Source: Massalongia carnosa
Taxonomy: Eukaryota
Length of the DNA: 64,000 nucleotides
NCBI GenBank assembly: GCA_965645245.1
Contig: OZ287074.1
Coordinates: 682,001 to 746,000 of the forward strand
Reading direction: 5' to 3'
The translations under genes and the position numbers were made by a program. Below, one piece after another: positions 11,723 to 25,074 of this stretch (position 1 is its first letter; the number at the start of each line of letters is the position of its first letter). The notes under the pieces were generated by a model. That model saw nothing but the letters and a program-made list of their open reading frames with translations, was not told the DNA's origin and did not search any database.

Positions 11723-14390
11723 TCAACCCTGTCGTTCAGAACTGAATCTTCGAGGAGTACGCAAAGGGCTGGGAATTAAATCCGGTGGTCCAGCCTCACC
11801 GGCGGATCCCGGTGTGTCGGGATGTGGACTTCCGTATGAAGCATCCGGGTCGGAGTAGTCGCTCTCTTCACCTTCGTTGGAGAGCATCCATCGATCTCGC
11901 GCCGCCAGATGAGCCATGGACGGCATCGTGGGGCTTCGATGGTGTGGCGTTAAAGGACTGATGAGCATTGGGGAGGATAGATTGCTCGACCCCCGACTCG
12001 TCCTAAGACTTCGGCTACTAATCCCAGTGGTTTGTGTATTGTTCCGCCTTATGCCGACATGGTTTGCCGAATAAGGTGGTAAGGCTAACAGTCTTGGGCT
12101 GTTCGCTTCCAATTCTGCGTCTGGATCTGGAATAGCCTTTGGCCCGTAAAATCCTTCAGCGCTGGGGTGATGTTGGAGCTCGACTGGCATTGAGGGATTG
12201 TGACCCACTGGACTGGTCGTGTTCATCCTAAATTTGCGTACTGCAGCTTCGTAGGGAGAAATCTCTACCTCGCTTCCCGCAAGCTCGATTGGATTAGTGA
12301 TAGGTAATTCTATTATCTCTCTATCCGTAGGGGCTTCGATGATAGCTCGACTGTTACCCTCGACCTCTACAGGACGGTCTGGGTTTTGACCTCCAGAGAA
12401 CCAGCGACCAAGCTTAGACCGAAATGATTCGTTCGCATTCACCGACTTCCGTCTAGCCTTTTCATCTGCAGTGCTGACAGCTTTGCGCCGACATATACAT
12501 ACGTACACCAGGATGCCGATCACGCATGAAGACGCGGTGCCGGCGCCGACTGCGATGCCAATTAATGCGCCCTTGCTCAAACCATGCTTCCCGGAAGGCC
12601 CAGCTCCTGGTTTCGTGAGAGAGCTATTACTCGGGGGGAAAATACTGACAAGGTTTCGGTTTGTTGATGCGTCCGCGGCGAATATCGTTTGGTGTACCGA
12701 GAAATTGTTCCGCTCATAATCAACCACCAGGTAAGTTTCTTGAAGAAAGGCCCTTCCAATCGTGAACTGTGTGTCATTGGCAGCTTTTCGAAGTGGAAAA
12801 TAATATGTTGGAGGAGAGTACGGGGTGGCGTTCAATTTAGGAAACGGATACGTAAGTTGTAAGTCGAAAGCTTGATACGGGAGTGACACGGATACTGATT
12901 TTGTCGATCCTGGCAAGTCTGCTAGGACGAAGTCAAAGGTTAGGTTCCAGTTCATGAGGGTGTCCCGTTGAGGCGAGTCGCTGCGAAAGGTATATAGCCG
13001 AACATCTTCGTTGTATGTCAAGCCAAGCGCCTTTTCGAATTTACCACACACGGACTCTGGAAGCCAAAGATAAGGGGTTGAGGAATCTATTTTATATAGA
13101 GCAACGTCGGCTAGTCCGAGCAAAGTGACCGAATTGCTGGCCCATCCCGGACTTGCTTTGGAACTCGGAGACGGGTTTGCGTGCACGGTGATCTCATTCA
13201 AAGCTACGATTGGATCGAGATTGGGATCCAAGTCGAAACTGACGTTGTGCGGTTGAAATTTATTGGCATCGTAGCCGCCAAGGGTAAGTGACGAAGGCAC
13301 ATGTTTCAAGCGGTAATATGCGCCTGCGGTATATCCATAGCTAAGGCTCGGAATGAGCCCCAGAGTCTCTACCATACTACTAAGAAATGTCTTCTTGTCC
13401 TCGCTGGTGATGTTTGGCGCGGTAAAACCATCGTTGCTGTTTGCCGGTACGGCACCGTTGCTGAAATTGGTTGGGATGATACTGAGACCAAGGAAGCCAA
13501 GCCAGTAATCGGTGATGTTGACAACGCCTACTGCTTGGGATGGGACTGAAATCTGTTCAGAGAGGGCAATAGAGTCAAATCCATAGTCCCCGTAGCCACC
13601 AAACCCAAGCTCCTCATCAAGCCCAAGTGAGTACACCCCGGTCTTGTCCCAGGTGCTGGATTCATTTGAAAAGAATATGCCGCCACGCTTAGCCTCACAC
13701 GCAGCATCTAGAAATTGACCATCGTCAGCATCAGATCTCGCTTATCAACTATCAGGCTTCGCCAGCGAAAACATGAGTCTATCTGTTCATCAGGGCTTGC
13801 AAATTGACCGGGAAAGAACTTTCCTCCATACTCTGCCCTTCCTTTGACAGTGAGAAAGATCCACTGTTGTGCGCACAATATCTTCTGCTCTTGTTTTCGA
13901 ACCCCATCGCCCCCCCCCCCCCCCCCAAAGACAGAAAGACGCACGCTGCTGAGAACGTCGGGGATGGAGCTTCGCAGTCCAACGAAGGCGATAAAAAAAA
14001 TGTAAAAGACATACTTCCATCACAGCCTCCACCAGGACCTATGACCCAAGTCTCTCCACTCGCTGTGCTGACGAAGACGTCCACCCACTGCGGAGGCGTC
14101 CCCACTCTAATCGATACCCTAAGTAGATAACTTAGTACATGAAGCAGGCATGCCCCCTCGTGAGAAGTCTTACGGGCTCCAGAAGCCATCATACCCAAGC
14201 CTAAACAAACATCAACGTCAACCGCTGAAGCTTGCACGTCGGTGGCGGGAGGAGGAACATACCAATCCGTCCTTACCGGCACCGCAACCGCCGTCGCCGT
14301 CTTGTTGTCAGCATTCACCACTGCAACGACGGTGCAGATAACAGCAACCAGGCATCGTATCGACAAGTGGGCGCTTGATGTGTTGTTCAT
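11723..14390 (-). CDS. Type-I membrane pepsin-fold (peptidase A1-like) protein, probably catalytically inactive; 3 introns
   Basis: Signal peptide; spliced WLGYDGFWSPVSIRVGTPPQ; VSTASGETWV; GFLGL, SLTLGGYD, IDSSTPYLWLP, IGRAFLQETYLVVDYE; a TM helix (GALIGIAVGAG...ILVYVCIC) and a ~250-aa Ser/Pro-rich tail. Confidence 0.88.
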
Positions 14391-14798
14391 CTCAAAGAAT
14401 CTTCCAGACGGCCACCTTGGGGGCCAAACAGATAGGCTAGCATCAATTAAGATGTGGGCAGAAAATAAGGCTCCGAGGACAGCAGGTGTTCGATGAGCGA
14501 TCAGAGGTGCAACCAGGGCTTATGGGTTGGTTTGCGATGATGCGGAAGCTCTTCCATCACCCTTGTGGGAATGATGATGAACCGGATGGAATCAGAGTCA
14601 GGACGAGAATGCAGAAGACAAGCACACTGCTGTTACGAGGTGCAACGAACGACTTGCTGGAAAACGTCGCACCGCCGTAACGGTCGGGGGTTGCGCAATG
14701 ATTAGGGAATGGGGGGAGGGGGCTGAAAGCGGGATTTCGCTTGTTTAGAGAGTGGGTTCGGGTAATAACTATACCGAGTACATGTGAGCTGAGCTGGT

Positions 14799-14842
14799 CT
14801 GGATTCTGGATTCTGGATTCTGGATTCTGGATTCTGGATTCT
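14799..14842. repeat. (GGATTCT)n microsatellite, ~6 copies
   Basis: Seen directly. Similar short arrays occur at ~15705 (GAATACC)n and ~15974 (TACGCTG)n in the same divergent intergenic region. Confidence 0.9.
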
Positions 14843-17800
14843 CCAGCGCCGAGGTCTTGCCTCTCTCTCTCTCTCTCCAAACCATAGTGCCTTTTGGTTC
14901 CGGTTCGCCACTTTTCATTCCCCAAGCAGGAATACAGAGTTTGCGTGCAGCAAATGGTTCACACCGGCGACGGGTAAATCTCGACCGAGTTACGGGTTTT
15001 TGATCATGTTTGAACAGGCTGACACGCTGATTGGACCATGAACGGAAACAAATCACAAAGAGATAAGATTACCTAATTTAAGCACGGATAGGCGTCCCCT
15101 TTTTCATCATTCATCTCACGCCTGGCTTCGCATAGAAGACGACGAAGCGAGGTGTCTGTCTGTACCGTCAATTTCACAAAAAAACCTGCTAGCGTCTATG
15201 GTGGATCCAACGGTGGGGCCGGACTTTGCCCCGATACGGAGTAGAGACTTTAAAGAGGCCTAGCATGTCCCGTAATCCCAGACTCTCGACATCTGGATCG
15301 GCCAATTGAAGTGCAATGCAAGCTCATTTACCCTGTAGCCTCGTGGGCTGACGGCCAAAGCGTCTTCTTCCTCGGTTGCTCTTAATCTTCAAAGTCTGAC
15401 CCACACCCCGACGTGGGAAAACGCTGTCAGGCTGGTACCTCTCTGTAAGGCACCATCCAATACAGAGTACATTGTGTTTCATGTGGAAAAGCAGAGATCC
15501 TGAGTCTCGTGCCCATCCGACTACAAAAAAGTATGGGCAGGTTGATAATGACCTCAACTATCTCTTCAACGGCAAGACAGTGGGTTGTAAGTAATGAACA
15601 GACGGCAGCCAGCGTGCCTAAACCACTGTCACTTCAGGACTCTAGCCTTGCCTGAACTGCGCGATTGCACCACTGTAATCACTCGACAGGCAGTGGAATA
15701 AGATGAATACCGAATACCGAATACCGAATACCTTAGTGGTGTATGATGTACTGAACAGACTAAGTATGTATGTACCTTGTACCTCCCAGCTCCGTTCGAG
15801 AGGCAACACATGAAAAAGATCCAAAAATGGAATAGACCGATCGGTAGCTTCTCAAGGGACGGCACTCGTACGGTATTGAATGGTATTGGTCCGGGCTCTG
15901 GGTACTTGACCCTGCGCAGTGGTTAAGGAACAGGATTCTGTCCAGAGTACTCTGCACTGTTTGACTCTAGTACTACGCTGTACGCTGTACGCTGTACGCT
16001 ATACGCTATAAGCTATACGCTCTACACAGTATGCTGTACAAGGTATGTTATGAGCTAGTGTATAAAGTACTCGGTACACAGTTACTCTGTACTCCGCACT
16101 CTCGTGACTCTGTACCTACTTAGCATGGCTATGAACCAGCCCGGGGTCATGGCTCTTCCGAATTTCTTTCGATAACGCATCATTCGTAAGCTAAGACTCC
16201 TGGACGCTGATCAAACAGAAATCTTCCCTTATGTAATCCTATCCAGATCCAATCATCGTACAGCATTCTTGACCACTTTCGCCTTCGTCGCCGAGAGCGA
16301 GCTGCGCCGTCCACGGCATTGGCGGGAGATCCCCTGGCTTAACTGCGTCTTCCATCCATATTCAGTGGGCGTGGTCCAGTCTCAACGCCTTACAGATTTC
16401 CCAGATTCATCAGGCCATAATCGACTATAGTAGCCCGATTGGGGTGAAAATCCCTAGCTTTAACCTTGTTTCGCGATGCTTCTGGCGCAACGACTGGATG
16501 TTGACGATCAACGGCGAGGACTAGCGCACGGGAGATGAGGGGTGGCATAGCCTCCAAGCTCAGTCGTAGTTGTACACCACGCTCGGGTTCTGCCTGACAA
16601 GTAACAAGCGACTGCACATTGCACGGAATATGTCCAATCACTCGTTACTCGCCACGGCTTCTTCCTTTCTATCATCCTTGACCATCTTGTACCATTTGGC
16701 ATCGCGCATCGCATCCATTCGACCACTCCGCCACGTTGTCCTGTGCGACCTGCGCATTCTCTGCACCCAAGACCCTCCGATAGTACGCCGAAAGATCTTT
16801 ATGATCTATGATTAGGGAGAATCGGTTGCTCTTGATAATCCTCATCAAAGTCCAGGCCGGCTAATGACTTGGCAGGTATGAGGATTGTAAGTAGCACTAG
16901 TTAACGGCTTGACAGGAAAGAAGGTCCCTCCCGCCATTCCCCTCCACAGAGTATTCTGTAATCCGTACCCTCAAGCGAGATTGAAGTTCCGCCGAGCAAG
17001 AGCCCTCTATAGTCTGCACTGTACATACTGTGTAGTACCCGAGTACAGTGTACCGAGCACCGAGCAAGCATATGCGGGCTCCATTATTGGTTCATGAAGA
17101 CGGCTAATCCCGATTGTCGACCTGCAGACTGCAGCAGCCTCATGGCCAAGCATGGTGCGTTGGATTGCTGGTTGGATGATTGTGTGTTGTTTTTCCAGCT
17201 TCGTATCCTGGATGCATACGTTGTACTCCCGTCGGCTGACTCGACAGCCATTCCTGGTCCGTCGACGCAACGATGGCGATTCCCCGTCTGACTTTGGTAG
17301 GGCTTTGCAGTGTGATTTGATAGCTATTAATTACCGTATGCAGGACTGGTCAGGGTTCTCGCCAGAACCCTGTTTTTATTGCCTGTGTGTCACCTCTCGT
17401 TGCTTTCCTCTCTTTATACGCTCATTCAATGGATGGATCGTTCAACCACCCCCCCCCCCACAAAGACCCCAACCTCAACCCCAAACCCCCCAAAACCAAA
17501 GTATCGAGTACTCCATCTGTACTTCGTACCTCTGTACATAACAAAAAAGCCAAATAATATTAAATCGTCACCCACCCCACCAGTCCTGCCTCGTCTTACA
17601 TCCCCCCCCCCCCCCCAAATTAATCTACATAATTTCGCCATCGTGCCATCCTAACTATAGTCTTTTCTATCATTCAGCGCTGCTCGGGAGTCATTCTTCT
17701 CAGAGCTCTTTCGGCCGTCTTGACTGAATAGTGTCAAGCTTCCGCCTGTCGTTACAGTGTGCCTAAACGATGCCTGAGTAGATTCTAATAACTTTCCTCG

Positions 17801-17894
17801 TCTTTCGTCGAACCGCTACAGACAATTCTTCACATATTATCATCATTTCATTCTTGCGAGCATTTGCACTTGGGAGATAGGTTCACAATACAGC

Positions 17895-20800
17895 ATGGGT
17901 CGCTCGCAGCTCCTGGGGCTTTTGCTCCTCTCCCTTTCGTTCACTTCGGCTGTGTCTGCTGCTATAGTCCCCGGGGATTTCGTGCAACATCCACGGTGTA
18001 AGTTGCCTTGAGAGAATCGGGTCTTCGCACAATCTTACCACGCTCCAGATCGCATTCGCCGCCGGGCCTATTTGCAGAATACCACGAGCCAGGCCTCCAC
18101 CGATACCGTCACTCCCCTGAAACCACCAATAGCGGATATCTCGCCGCCGTCAACGATCGTCACTACTTCTAACAGGGGAGATCAAACGTCGCTCTCTACA
18201 GCTAGCATTTTGCTCTCATCCACGACGGCCAGCACTTCCATCGGGGCAGATCAAACGTCGCTCACTCCAACTAACATCTCGCCATCGTCTACGATCGTTA
18301 CGACTTCTAACGGGGAAGATCAAATATCGTTTGCTACGACTGCTGTGGTCTCCCTCAACCCTCCAAGACCCCCCATACAGCAATCGACCTTCGTTTCGAC
18401 TTCGGATGTGAACATCACTGTTTCCCCACCGGTACAAACCAGGCTTGGAACCCGTCTCGGGACCGGCGAATCCCAAACCAAACCGACTGATGCTATCACA
18501 CCTAATCAACCAAAGAAGTCAGCTCCATCGGCTGGATTTAGTGTGCTCACCCAGCCAAACCCGAGTGATGGATACTCCCTCATCCTGAAAAATCCCCGGC
18601 CTTCCGCTGGGTTCAGTACGCTCGCTCTGCCAAATCCTGTTTATGGGAACTCTCTCATCCTTAGTACCCTTGCCCAACCAAACCCTAGCGGTGCGCCCAT
18701 CCAACCAAACTCGGGTTATTTTCCTGGAAAGTATGTTCCAACCGGGGCATTCCAAGGGGCCTCGGTCAACTGCTCTGGAACCCGCAGCATAAATCCCTCA
18801 GTCTCAACAATCATCGTGACAGCAACTTCAACCATTTCGAACTATACCACAACAATCCAAGCTGGCGATTCGATCCCGGCCCCTGTGCTCATCTTTCCAC
18901 CTCCGTTCTGTACCACTAACGTGGTGAAGGAAGGCCCCTTGTTCGCGGTACCGCATAGACTCACCTTTGGGGCACAGCCGGCCCCCGAGCCAGCCTTTCT
19001 GACCTTTAGCACTGAACTCGTTATCAAAAAGAACCCTGTTGTGGTTGTTCAGAGTTCCATCCCTGATCTTTACCCCCCCGCGAAGCTTTCACAGGTTACA
19101 CCAACAGTCAATGGCAACCCGCCTGCACAAAATTATCAAGGATCAGCCAACCCCGGCAAGTCAGCTGCGCCTGCACCTGCTAATCAGCCCCTGCCTGTTA
19201 CTGTCAAGCCAACTCCAACTCCCAACGCTGGTCAAAATAATCCACCCCAAAATGGAAATCCAAGCAATTCCCAGCCAGGAACAGGTGGAGGGGCTTCATC
19301 CGGTTCGAACGATAATGGAAATGTCCCAGGCTCTAGTCAAGCTCAAGGGTCAAATGGAGGAAGTGGTTCAGGCTCTAACCAGTCTCCCGGATCAAACAGC
19401 GGAACTGGGTCAGGTTCTAATCAACCTCCGGGATCGAATGGAAATACTCCTAGTTCCAATCAACCTCAGGGATCGAACGGAGGAAGCGGATCAGGTTCTA
19501 ACCAGTCTCCCGGATCAAACAGTGGAACTGGGTCAGGTTCTACTCAACCCCAGGGATCGAACGGAAATGCTCCCGGTTCCAATCAACCACAGGGATCGAA
19601 CGGAGGAAGTGGATCAGGTTCTAACCAATCTCCCGGATCAAACAGTGGAACTGGGTCAGGTTCTAATCAACCGCAGGGATCGAATGGAAATGCTCCCGGT
19701 TCCAATCAACCACAGGGATCGAACGGAGGAAGTGGATCAGGTTCTAACCAATCTCCCGGATCAAACAGTGGAACTGGGTCAGGTTCTACTCAACCCCAGG
19801 GATCGAATGGAAATGCTCCCGGTTCCAATCAACCACAGGGATCGAACGGAGGAAGTGGATCAGGTTCTAACCAATCTCCCGGATCAAACAGTGGAACTGG
19901 GTCAGGTTCCAATCAACCACAAGGATCGAATGGAAATGCTCCCGGTTCCAATCAACCACAGGGATCGAACGGAGGAAGTGGATCAGGTTCTAACCAGTCC
20001 TCCGGATCAAACAGTGGAACTGGGTCAGGTTCCAATCAACCACAAGGATCGAATGGAAATGCTCCCGGTTCCAATCAACCACAGGGATCGAACGGAGGAA
20101 ATACTCCTGGTTCCGGTCAACCTCAATCAGGATCGGATGGAACTGTCCCTGGTTCGGGTCAAATGCCAGAAGCAGCTGGAAAAGGACAAGCTCCAAGCGT
20201 TGTAACTGTGGGCAATATTCCTGTATCTATCGGTCCCGCAGGCGTGGTTATAAACTCTCAAACCATTCCCGCCGGAGCTTCGCGAACCGCTGTTGTTGTC
20301 AACGGGGAAAGTATTGTGGTTGAGCCGTCTCAAATCGTATTTCCTGAAACAACAATACCGTTGATCGTTAACCGCCCGGCTCCAACCAAATCAGTGACCT
20401 TGGGCAATGTTCCCGTCGTTCTGCAGCCTGACAACGTCGTCATTGGCACCCGAACCTTCACGCCTGGTGTGAATGTCGCACCTATTGTGGACCACGGACA
20501 GACTTTTCATCTAGACGCATCCCAGTTCTCGTCCCCCGAGACCACAATTGATCTTCCCAAGCCTGGTGCTCCTTCGGTGGCAGCAGCGGGATTAGTAACA
20601 GCTGGGGGTCAGGTTTTCCGTGTAGGCTTTTCTCAGGTACAAGCTCCAGGGCTCACCGTCGCTCTTCCCACAGACGCCAAAGCCTCATCGTTTGTCTACA
20701 AGGGACAGACCTTTGAGGTCAATCCTTCACAGATAATTGCTCCGGACAGAACCATCGGCCTCCCCCAGGCACAGCAAACTCCTTCGCATGCTGTGTTTGT

Positions 20801-22271
20801 ATATAATGGTCAGACTTTATCTGTTGAAGGATCAAAGCTCATTACTCCTTCGACTACCATTGACATTCCTGGTGGTTCGGGGACTGTGGTCTACAACGGG
20901 CAGACCCTTACAATCGGGCCGTCTCAAATTGCAGGGCCCAGCACGACAATCCAATTTAGGCAAATCCCGGCGGGTATTACTGCTGCCCCTTCCATAACTA
21001 TCGCTGCAGGCCATACTTTTGCCCTAGGCCCTTCGGCTGCAGTTTTTGGATCTTTGACCTACTCATTCTTGCCGGGCCAGGCCCCTACGACCATCTTGGA
21101 TCATGGTCAGGTTGTTACCATTGGTCCCAATGGTGTTCAGATTGGTGGCACTACGATACCCGTTCCTGCTCCTCCGCCAAACTTTTCGCTGGTCACGGCG
21201 GGAGGGTTGACCTTTTCTGTAGCGCCGTCGGAGGCTGTTATCGGAGGCCACACATTCACCGTCGGATCAGACAATACTCCCACAACAACGGTCATCAATG
21301 GTCAAACAATCAGCATAGGCCCACATGGCATTGGGCTGGCTAGCACAACAGTTGCGCTCCCGGGAGCCGAACCGACATTTTCGCCTGTCACCGCAGGAGG
21401 CCTGACGTTCTCTGTTGCGCAGTCAGAAGCCATCATTGGAGGTCGCACATATACTATTGGATCGGATTCAGCACCTACAACCACCGTTGTCAACGGGCAA
21501 ACTATCAGCATCGGCCCTCATGGTATAGGGCTGGCGAGTACTACGGTGGCCCTACCTGGATTCGAACCAAGTTTCTCGGCTGTGACTGCTGGTGGTTTAA
21601 CATTCTCCGTGGCGGCATCAGAAGCCGTAATTGGAGGTCACACATTCACGATTGGGCCAGGCAGCAAGGCTACCACCACGGTTATTAACGGCCAAACGAT
21701 AAGCATTGGTCCCCATGGGATCGGTCTTGCCACCACTACCGTTGCTCTCCCACCATCCCAGTCAAGCTTCTCCATCGTTACCGAAGGCGATCTGACCTTT
21801 TCTCTTTCTCCCTCGGAAGCCGTCATCGGTGGGAAAACTTTCACCGTTGGACCCGGATCTGTGCCCATCACTACTGTCTTGAATGGCGAGACTATAACCA
21901 TCGGTCCCAGTGGTATTGGTCTTAAAGGGACGACAGCAGCTTTGCCAACACCGACCGGAGCCCAAACGCCATCGGCTGTGACGGTCGATGGATTGACATT
22001 CTCCGTCGAACCCACCGACGTTATCATTAGCGGGACCACTTATCCCATTGGCGTTGGAGCCACCCCTACCACCATCGTCGTGGGTACAGAAACCATCAGT
22101 CTTGGCCCGGGAGGCATAGGACTGCCTTCCACCACCATACCGGTGCCATCCAGTCCTTCCAGTACCGGCTCCACCAAACATTCTGGTGCTTTATCGCAGA
22201 TTGTCTCGGCGAACACTCTTTTGCTTTCCGCGTTGCCAGCGAGCTTTGTATTACTAGTATTTTGTATGTGA
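17895..22271 (+). CDS. Large secreted, probably GPI-anchored, repeat-rich cell-surface protein (~1440 aa); 1 intron
   Basis: ATG at 17895 gives signal peptide MGRSQLLGLLLLSLSFTSAVSA. Intron 17998-18048 joins it in frame (YRIRRRAYLQN) to the long ORF. It has an S/T-rich region, G/S/N/Q repeats, ~60-aa beta-rich repeats and a hydrophobic C-terminus. Confidence 0.85.
19347..20084 (+). repeat. Coding tandem repeat, 6 x 123 bp (41 aa)
   Basis: Unit GSNGGSGSGSNQSP-GSNSGTGSGS(N/T)QPQ-GSNGNAPGSNQPQ, nearly identical at DNA level. Confidence 0.95.
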
Positions 22272-22900
22272 TGGGAGTACACTCGGGATTTCTGTATGGG
22301 ATAACTTTTACGATTCATGACGAATGGACGATCTCAGGGGGAAAACACATAAATTGTAATCTTAATGTCGGATCTGCCCTGGAGGAAAAACGGTGACGTG
22401 ACGACGGATGGAATATGCAATTTTGTAACGGGATTTTCCCATTTCGTTTCTGGTGGATAAAGCATTTCAACACACCCCCTCTTGGTTTGTTCGGTCGCAG
22501 TGCAAGGGACAGGCGTGGGAGGAGAGCAGTTCATGGGACGGTGACTATTCTCACATACAGCAAGCATCATTATAATCTAGAAAGCAATAAGCCATGAACC
22601 CCTGAACTTGAATCGCGTTTCCCATCCGTCCGTCCCTTGCTCAATCCATCAAGGACCCTTGGGTGTATATAGGGGTACGGGGAAGTTCATTCATCCATCT
22701 CGGCGCCTACATATTTTACCCACGATATCTGCATCGCCACCATGAACCCTTCCTTCTTCCCCTTCCATCCATCCATTCGTTTGTTCAGCAAATTACCGAA
22801 AAAGCATTACCAGCACCCGCATCACCAGCACCCACAGCGCTCATCACGCCCCAACCCCACATCTAAATACCTACCTACATACATACACGCCAACGCCCAT

Positions 22901-22979
22901 CCATCCAATCCATCCAATCCATCCAATCCATCCAATCCATCCAATCCATCCAATCCATCCAATCCATCCAATCCATCCA
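22901..22979. repeat. (CCATCCAAT)n minisatellite, ~9 copies
   Basis: Seen directly; lies in a low-complexity intergenic region with further microsatellites such as (GTGC)n at ~23280. Confidence 0.92.
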
Positions 22980-25074
22980 CTTCATTATCTCGTCTCTTTT
23001 CATTATCCCTTTTTCTTTCTTTTTCCCACCACGCCGATCCCCCGGATCCGATCACTCGCGACGCCCGCGTGGCCTCTCGCCTAGATAGGCATTGCAGCGT
23101 TGCATGCGCGCGTCCGGTCCGTCCATCTGCACACTCGCCGAAAAAAAGAAAAAAAGAATAAAGAAAATTAAGACAGTTGGGGTCCAAAGCAAACCCCCTC
23201 CCCCAAGGTCCCTCTTGTTGGGGAAAAGAGCAGAGAAAGGAGGTTTGTATAGATACGGTTAATATTTTCTCCTGCAGGTGTGCGTGCGTGCGTGCGTGCG
23301 TGTGTGCGTGCGTGTGTGTAACTCGGTGCCTCGACTAGGTACCAAATTCCCCATGATCGACGCACCCGCGGAAGTAAGTATGTGGGGAAGGGACGTCATG
23401 CATGTAAGCAAGTAGGTACATATATATATATGCATGAATGAAATGGGTGCGAGACGCACGTCCGAAAATCCTTCAATTTCAGGGTTAGGTTTATGAATGG
23501 GTGTGTACCTATGTATTGTATTGTACCGTTTTTGAAAGGGATGGATGGAAGACAGGGGGGGGATCTGACGTGCATTGACTAACCTACTTAGTTTATTTTT
23601 CCTTCTTCTTTTTCCTTTCCTTTCCTTTTTACTTCCTTGGCAACAACGGGAGGACTTTGGCTGAGAACGGAAAGGTTTGGATGGGAAGCTGCCAAGAGGT
23701 AATTAGGTATATGTGAACGCGGTTCCGGTTTGGGAAACGGGTTCTGGACTGGGGAGGTAGGTTATGTAGGTACTCCATACTCCTCCGTACATGGGATGTA
23801 AATTACCGTATTGTTCTCCCTCTCCCTCTCCCTCTCCCTCTTATCAACGTTTCGGGGGCGGGTAAGTAATTAACCGGTATACAGACACGAGGGGGCGAAA
23901 TGTGAAATGCCACGAGAAAGCGTAAGTGGATGGAAGTTAAAAACTTTAGGTTTACCTGTTGCTTACTCTGTACACGTGGGCGTGTGCGTGGGCGTGTGGG
24001 CGTGGGCGTGTGGGTGTGTGCGTTTGTATGCACCAGGGGGGGCGAGGGGATTTGACTTTGCAATTTTCCCCAAGAGATAACATAGGTAAATGGTTGATGG
24101 TTGGTTACATACGTATGTGCTGATTTGTTGGGAGAGGGGGAGTTGGGTGGTGGGAGATTTGGTTCAACGTACATACCCAATTACATGCAGGCTCAAGTAA
24201 CTGACTGTGTACTTCGTATGTACATACATACAGTACCTGTGTTATTTTTGGGATTTCAAATACCTACTGGGTCCGATGATGTAGATAGATGGATAATAGT
24301 CTGGCATCGTACCTAGGTATTTTAAGTATGGTTGAAGGGGAGGAAGGGGATCGTCCGAGCGGAGCGGGAGCGGGAAGGCTACATACAATTTTGTGGGCTT
24401 GGCTTGTGTAACTAGTTATATATATGCTGTTGGGGTTAGGCTCGCAGGAGAAGGGGATCGAGGGAGTTATGTACATACCTATGTATGTACATAGGTAGGT
24501 CGTTGGGGAGGATTTGTCCGAGAAATGAGGTTTTGGGATGGATGGACGGATGGATGGATGGGTGGACAGGTATTTCTGTTGCCCTTCCTCCTCCTGCTGC
24601 TGCTGGATACCCCTCTGGTTGACCCAACCTATCTATCCATCTATCTTTAACAGCCGCCCCCTATCATCTTGCTAGGTGACCAACGGACTAGCGCCTGCTC
24701 AGAAGTAAATCGAAAGAGAGGGAGGGGGGAAAGAAAAGTAAGTGAGGAAAGGCGACCGGCATGGAGTAGAGGGGGAGACATCCCCTGGGTTCATCAAGCG
24801 GCGGGGAGCACCAACGGAGAAGGTAATAACGCACGGGTACGATATCGGGGTTGGAGGATGTACAGAGTATGAGAGTAAACAACATACGTAGGTACATACA
24901 GAAACGCTCTCAAGCTTCCGTGCCCATCACGGTGAGGAACACAAGAACCACTCCTTCGGTCACACGCGTGGAACGCCTCCTACATGCCCAACCCAACCGC
25001 TATGCACCCCTTCCTACCAATCCCAGCCGAATCCCACCCCAAATCTTACACACACCCTTTCTACCTTCAACAAT

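Noticed and set aside
19039..20205. 388-aa overlapping ORF in another frame
   Set aside because: It is explained by a stop-free 123-bp repeat read in a shifted frame and has no ATG at its annotated start.
22742..23187. ORFs with NPS or DGL repeats
   Set aside because: These are translations of the (CCATCCAAT)n minisatellite; the same applies to the RIQNPES and CDCVF ORFs elsewhere.
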